Part shown: piece after piece, positions 60,818-64,000 of the stretch
How the letters are laid out: every line of letters begins with the position of its first letter
How positions within the stretch are numbered: the first letter of the stretch is position 1
Source: Spirochaetia bacterium
GTDB taxonomy: Bacteria > Spirochaetota > Spirochaetia > SZUA-6 > Bin103
Length of the DNA: 64,000 bases
Direction: 5' to 3'
Assembly: GCA_965208575.1 (NCBI GenBank)
Contig: CBDBOV010000006.1
Coordinates: forward strand, 1,568,001 to 1,632,000
Translations under genes and position numbers: made by a program
The notes under the pieces: generated by a model
What the model was told of the DNA's origin: nothing
Database searches by the model: none
The model's input: only the letters and a program-made list of their open reading frames with translations

Positions 60818-61328
60818 CCGAGCCGGCCCGGCAGCCGCACCGGTGATCGGGGTGATCATGGGCAGTGCGTCCGACTGGGAGACGATGCAGCATGCCGACG
60901 AGACGCTGCGCGAGTTCTCGGTGCCGTACGAGTGCCGGGTGGTTTCGGCGCACCGCACCCCGGAGCGGATGCGCGCGTACGCGCGCGAGGCGGCGGCGCG
61001 CGGCATCGAGGTGATCGTCGCCGCGGCCGGCGGCGCGGCCCACCTGCCCGGCATGGTGGCCGCCTACACCTCGCTGCCGGTGCTTGGCGTGCCGGTGCAG
61101 AACCACGCCCTGCAGGGCGTCGACTCGCTGCTGTCGATCGTGCAGATGCCGGCCGGCGTGCCGGTCGGCACCCTGGCCATCGGGCGTGCCGGGGCGGTCA
61201 ACGCCGCCCTGCTGGCGCTCTCCATCGCGGCCCTCAGCCGCCCGCCGCTGCGTGCCGAGCTGGACGCGTACCGCGCCCGCCGGGCGGCGGCCGTGGAGGC
61301 CGCGCGGCTGCCGCCGGCGGATTCCTGA
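60810..61328 (+). CDS. purE: N5-CAIR mutase
   Basis: [30 protein letters not shown]. Confidence 0.96.
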   Translation: MSDRAGPAAAPVIGVIMGSASDWETMQHADETLREFSVPYECRVVSAHRTPERMRAYAREAAARGIEVIVAAAGGAAHLPGMVAAYTSLPVLGVPVQNHALQGVDSLLSIVQMPAGVPVGTLAIGRAGAVNAALLALSIAALSRPPLRAELDAYRARRAAAVEAARLPPADS

Positions 61329-61554
61329 TGTTCACGGCGTGCGCGGCAGCACCGACAGACGGCCGGCGCAGCCCGGTGCGGGCGCCCTCGCCCGCCCTGC
61401 GCGGGGTTGCCTGCCGGCGGCTGCTCGCCGCACCGCTGTCCGGTTGCGGGCGGCGCCGGTCGGTTGCCGCCGGCGCCGCGGCCGTTTCGCGGGTGGTGCG
61501 AGCGCGGCGGCTGACCGCGCCGCGCACCGCCGCCGCCCGGCGTCCGGGCCGGCC

Positions 61555-62784
61555 ATGAGCGGCATGGTGCGGGGCGCCGGCGCGGCGGATCCGATCCTGC
61601 CGGGGGCGACGGTCGGCATTCTGGGCAGCGGCCAGCTCGGGCGCATGCTCGCCGTGGCCGCGGCGGCGCTTGGCTACCGGGTGCACGTGTACTCGCCGGA
61701 GGCCGGGTCGCCGGCCGGGCTGGTGGCGGCGCGCGAAGTGGTGGGCGGCTACGACGACGTCGATGCGATCGCGGCGTTCGCCGCGGGAGTCGACGTGCTG
61801 ACCTTCGAGTTCGAGAACCTGTCGAGCGCCGCGGTGGCGGCGGCGGAGCGGCACACCGTGGTGCGTCCCGGCGCCAACGTCCTGGCCACCGCGCAGAACC
61901 GCCGCGCGGAGAAGGAATTCCTCGGCGCCGCCGGGTTTCCGGTGGCGGCGTGGCGGCCGCTGCCGGCGGCGCCGGGCGAGCCGCGCGGCGCCGGCACTTC
62001 CGCCGCCGATCCGGTCGCGGCGGATGTCGGCTACCCGGCGATCGTCAAGACCGCCGGCTTCGGGTACGACGGCAGGGGGCAACGCCGCGTGCACGACGCC
62101 GAGGAGCTGGCGGCCGCCTGCCGTGCCGCCGCCGGCGAGCCGCTCATCGTCGAGCGCGTGGTGCCGTTCGACCGCGAACTCTCGGTGATCGGGGCGCGCA
62201 CCGCCAGCGGTGAGTACCGCGACTTCGGGCCGTTCGAGAACGTGCACGCCCGCCACATCCTGGACGTCTCCAGCGCGCCGGCGGCGGGCGACCCGGCCGT
62301 GCTGCGCCGCGCCCGCGAGCTGGTCCGCACGCTGGTGGAGCAGTTGCGCGTGGTCGGGCTGCTGTGCGTGGAGCTGTTCGAGGTGGCCGGCGACCTGCTG
62401 GTCAACGAGGTCGCGCCGCGGCCGCACAACTCCGGCCACCTCACCCTGGACGCGTGCGCCACCAGCCAGTTCGAGCAGCACGTCCGCGCCGTGTGCGGCC
62501 TGCCGCTCGGCGACCCGGTCCAGCACACGCCGGCGGCGATGGCCAACCTGCTCGGCGACCTGTGGCGCGCCGCCGCGGCCGGGTCCGCGGCGGACGCGGG
62601 GGCGGGCGCCGGTGCGCCGCCCTGGCACGCGGCGCTCGCCGTCCCCGGCGTCAAGCTGCACCTGTACGGCAAGCGGCAGGCGCGCCCGGGCCGCAAGATG
62701 GGCCACCTCACGGCGCTCGCCGCCACCGCCGCGGAGGCAACGACGCAGGCCGTCGTGGCCCGCTCCCTGCTTGCCCCGTCGTAG
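61555..62784 (+). CDS. purK: N5-CAIR synthase
   Basis: GSGQLGRM, TFEFEN, GYDGRGQ, NEVAPRPHNSGH, RKMGH. Confidence 0.95.
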   Translation: MSGMVRGAGAADPILPGATVGILGSGQLGRMLAVAAAALGYRVHVYSPEAGSPAGLVAAREVVGGYDDVDAIAAFAAGVDVLTFEFENLSSAAVAAAERHTVVRPGANVLATAQNRRAEKEFLGAAGFPVAAWRPLPAAPGEPRGAGTSAADPVAADVGYPAIVKTAGFGYDGRGQRRVHDAEELAAACRAAAGEPLIVERVVPFDRELSVIGARTASGEYRDFGPFENVHARHILDVSSAPAAGDPAVLRRARELVRTLVEQLRVVGLLCVELFEVAGDLLVNEVAPRPHNSGHLTLDACATSQFEQHVRAVCGLPLGDPVQHTPAAMANLLGDLWRAAAAGSAADAGAGAGAPPWHAALAVPGVKLHLYGKRQARPGRKMGHLTALAATAAEATTQAVVARSLLAPS

Positions 62785-62901
62785 CGGACGCTCGGGCCGG
62801 CGGCACCGTTCGGCGCGCATGTCCAGGTGCGGGAGGCGGCGCAAACTGCCGATGAAGTAGTTAGGAAGGTGGGCATGGTCCCGCCTTGGGAGAGTATTGC
62901 T

Positions 62902-63618
62902 ATGCGAATTCGTGCGCTGCCCGCCGCGGCCCTCCTGGTGGCCGTGCCGTCTCTGGCAGCATTCGCGCAGGCCTGGAACACCGGGGTGTACGTGGAGCTG
63001 AACGGCGGCGCGGTCCTGGTGGGGGAGGCGAACGACGTAGCGTCCAAGGTGGTGGGAGACGTCGGCGATGACACTTTGCCGGAGCTCGGCCGGGACTGGG
63101 AGTTCACGCTCGGCGCCGGCGGCGCGGCGGGCATCGGCTATGACTTCGGCGCCATCCGGCTCGAAGGCGGGCTCTCGTACCTCTCCACCGGCATCAAGAT
63201 CAGCCGTGACCAGAAGCTGGAAGAGGACGACAACAAGGACACCTTCACGGTGCTCGCCGCCACCGGCAACGCCTGGTACGACATCGACACCGGGTCGCCG
63301 TGGACGCTCTACCTGGGCGGCGGGTTCGGCACCGCCAACGTCGGCATCCACCTGGACGAGATCAAGGTGAAAAACATACCGGACACGCCCAAGTACACCT
63401 TCTCCACCTGGTCGCTGGCGTTCCAGGCGGGGGCCGGCATCGGCTACACCATCGCCGACTTCATGGTGATCGACCTCGGCTACCGGCTGCTCGGCTCCAT
63501 CGACCCCAAGCTGGTCAAGTCGGGTTCCATCGATGGCAGCGACTTCGAGTGGCCGCTCGAGCCGGGGACGCTGCTGACCCACCGTCTCGGCCTCGGTCTG
63601 CGCATCATCTTCCTGTAG
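62902..63618 (+). CDS. Outer-membrane beta-barrel protein (OmpA/Opacity-like 8-strand)
   Basis: Signal peptide; alternating beta-strands ([36 protein letters not shown]). Confidence 0.82.
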   Translation: MRIRALPAAALLVAVPSLAAFAQAWNTGVYVELNGGAVLVGEANDVASKVVGDVGDDTLPELGRDWEFTLGAGGAAGIGYDFGAIRLEGGLSYLSTGIKISRDQKLEEDDNKDTFTVLAATGNAWYDIDTGSPWTLYLGGGFGTANVGIHLDEIKVKNIPDTPKYTFSTWSLAFQAGAGIGYTIADFMVIDLGYRLLGSIDPKLVKSGSIDGSDFEWPLEPGTLLTHRLGLGLRIIFL

Positions 63619-63713
63619 CTCCGCGGGTTGCTCCCGGCCGCGAATCTCATGATCTTAGGCTCGTCCGCGCCAACTCGACCGCGAGACGGATCGACAGGGA
63701 GAGGAACAGCATC

Positions 63714-64000
63714 ATGATTGTAACCACCACGCCCACCATCGAGGGCAGCAACATCGCCGAGTACCGGGGCATCGTCACCGGCGAGGCCATTATCGGCGCC
63801 AATATCTTCAAGGATTTCTTCGCCGGCATCCGCGACATCGTTGGCGGACGTTCGGCCGCCTACGAGTCGGAGCTGCGCAACGCACGCGAGATCGCGCTCG
63901 CCGAGATGGCCGAGGCGGCCGAACAGAGGGGCGGCAACGCGGTAGTCGGGGTGGACCTCGACTACGAGGTGGTCGGCCAGGGCGGCAGCATGCTCATGGT
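63714..64000 (+). CDS. YbjQ/UPF0145 family protein (truncated by the window end)
   Basis: [11 protein letters not shown]...[33 protein letters not shown]. Confidence 0.9.
   Translation, partial: MIVTTTPTIEGSNIAEYRGIVTGEAIIGANIFKDFFAGIRDIVGGRSAAYESELRNAREIALAEMAEAAEQRGGNAVVGVDLDYEVVGQGGSMLM

Overview
High-GC bacterial chromosome segment. It is most likely from Spirochaetota, inferred from the tRNA(His,Arg-UCG,Lys,Leu,Gly)-tig-clpP-clpX block, a long GlyA, and the nif3-lspA-small membrane protein block. The backbone is housekeeping: rlmE-lysC-thrB-thrC, polyprenyl synthase, rhomboid-oppA, carD-nth, clp/tig, msrB, glyA, aroK/hisE/hisA, purL/purQ, purE/purK, a MacB-type ABC exporter and 8 tRNAs. 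Several accessory insertions interrupt it. (i) An orphan antitoxin sits next to thrC, and the tail of its toxin is fused in frame to thrC. (ii) A ~3.8 kb IS-bounded composite element is followed by an amber-interrupted parA and a partner gene. (iii) A LodA/GoxA-type quinoprotein oxidase is paired with a flavoprotein. (iv) A lower-GC three-gene island between glyA and tRNA-Arg encodes two different single-half PLD-fold (HDRF motif) proteins and a 700-aa unknown protein. This island is the best candidate for an uncharacterised defence-like system. (v) An Ig-domain zincin lipoprotein lies downstream of tRNA-Ala. (vi) A membrane-anchored coiled-coil repeat protein. A recurring pattern is diverged duplicate copies of gene termini (thrC 3', HD-protein 3', clpX 5', IS 3', purL start) at gene borders. 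Family assignments rest on motif recognition by eye; no database searches were run.
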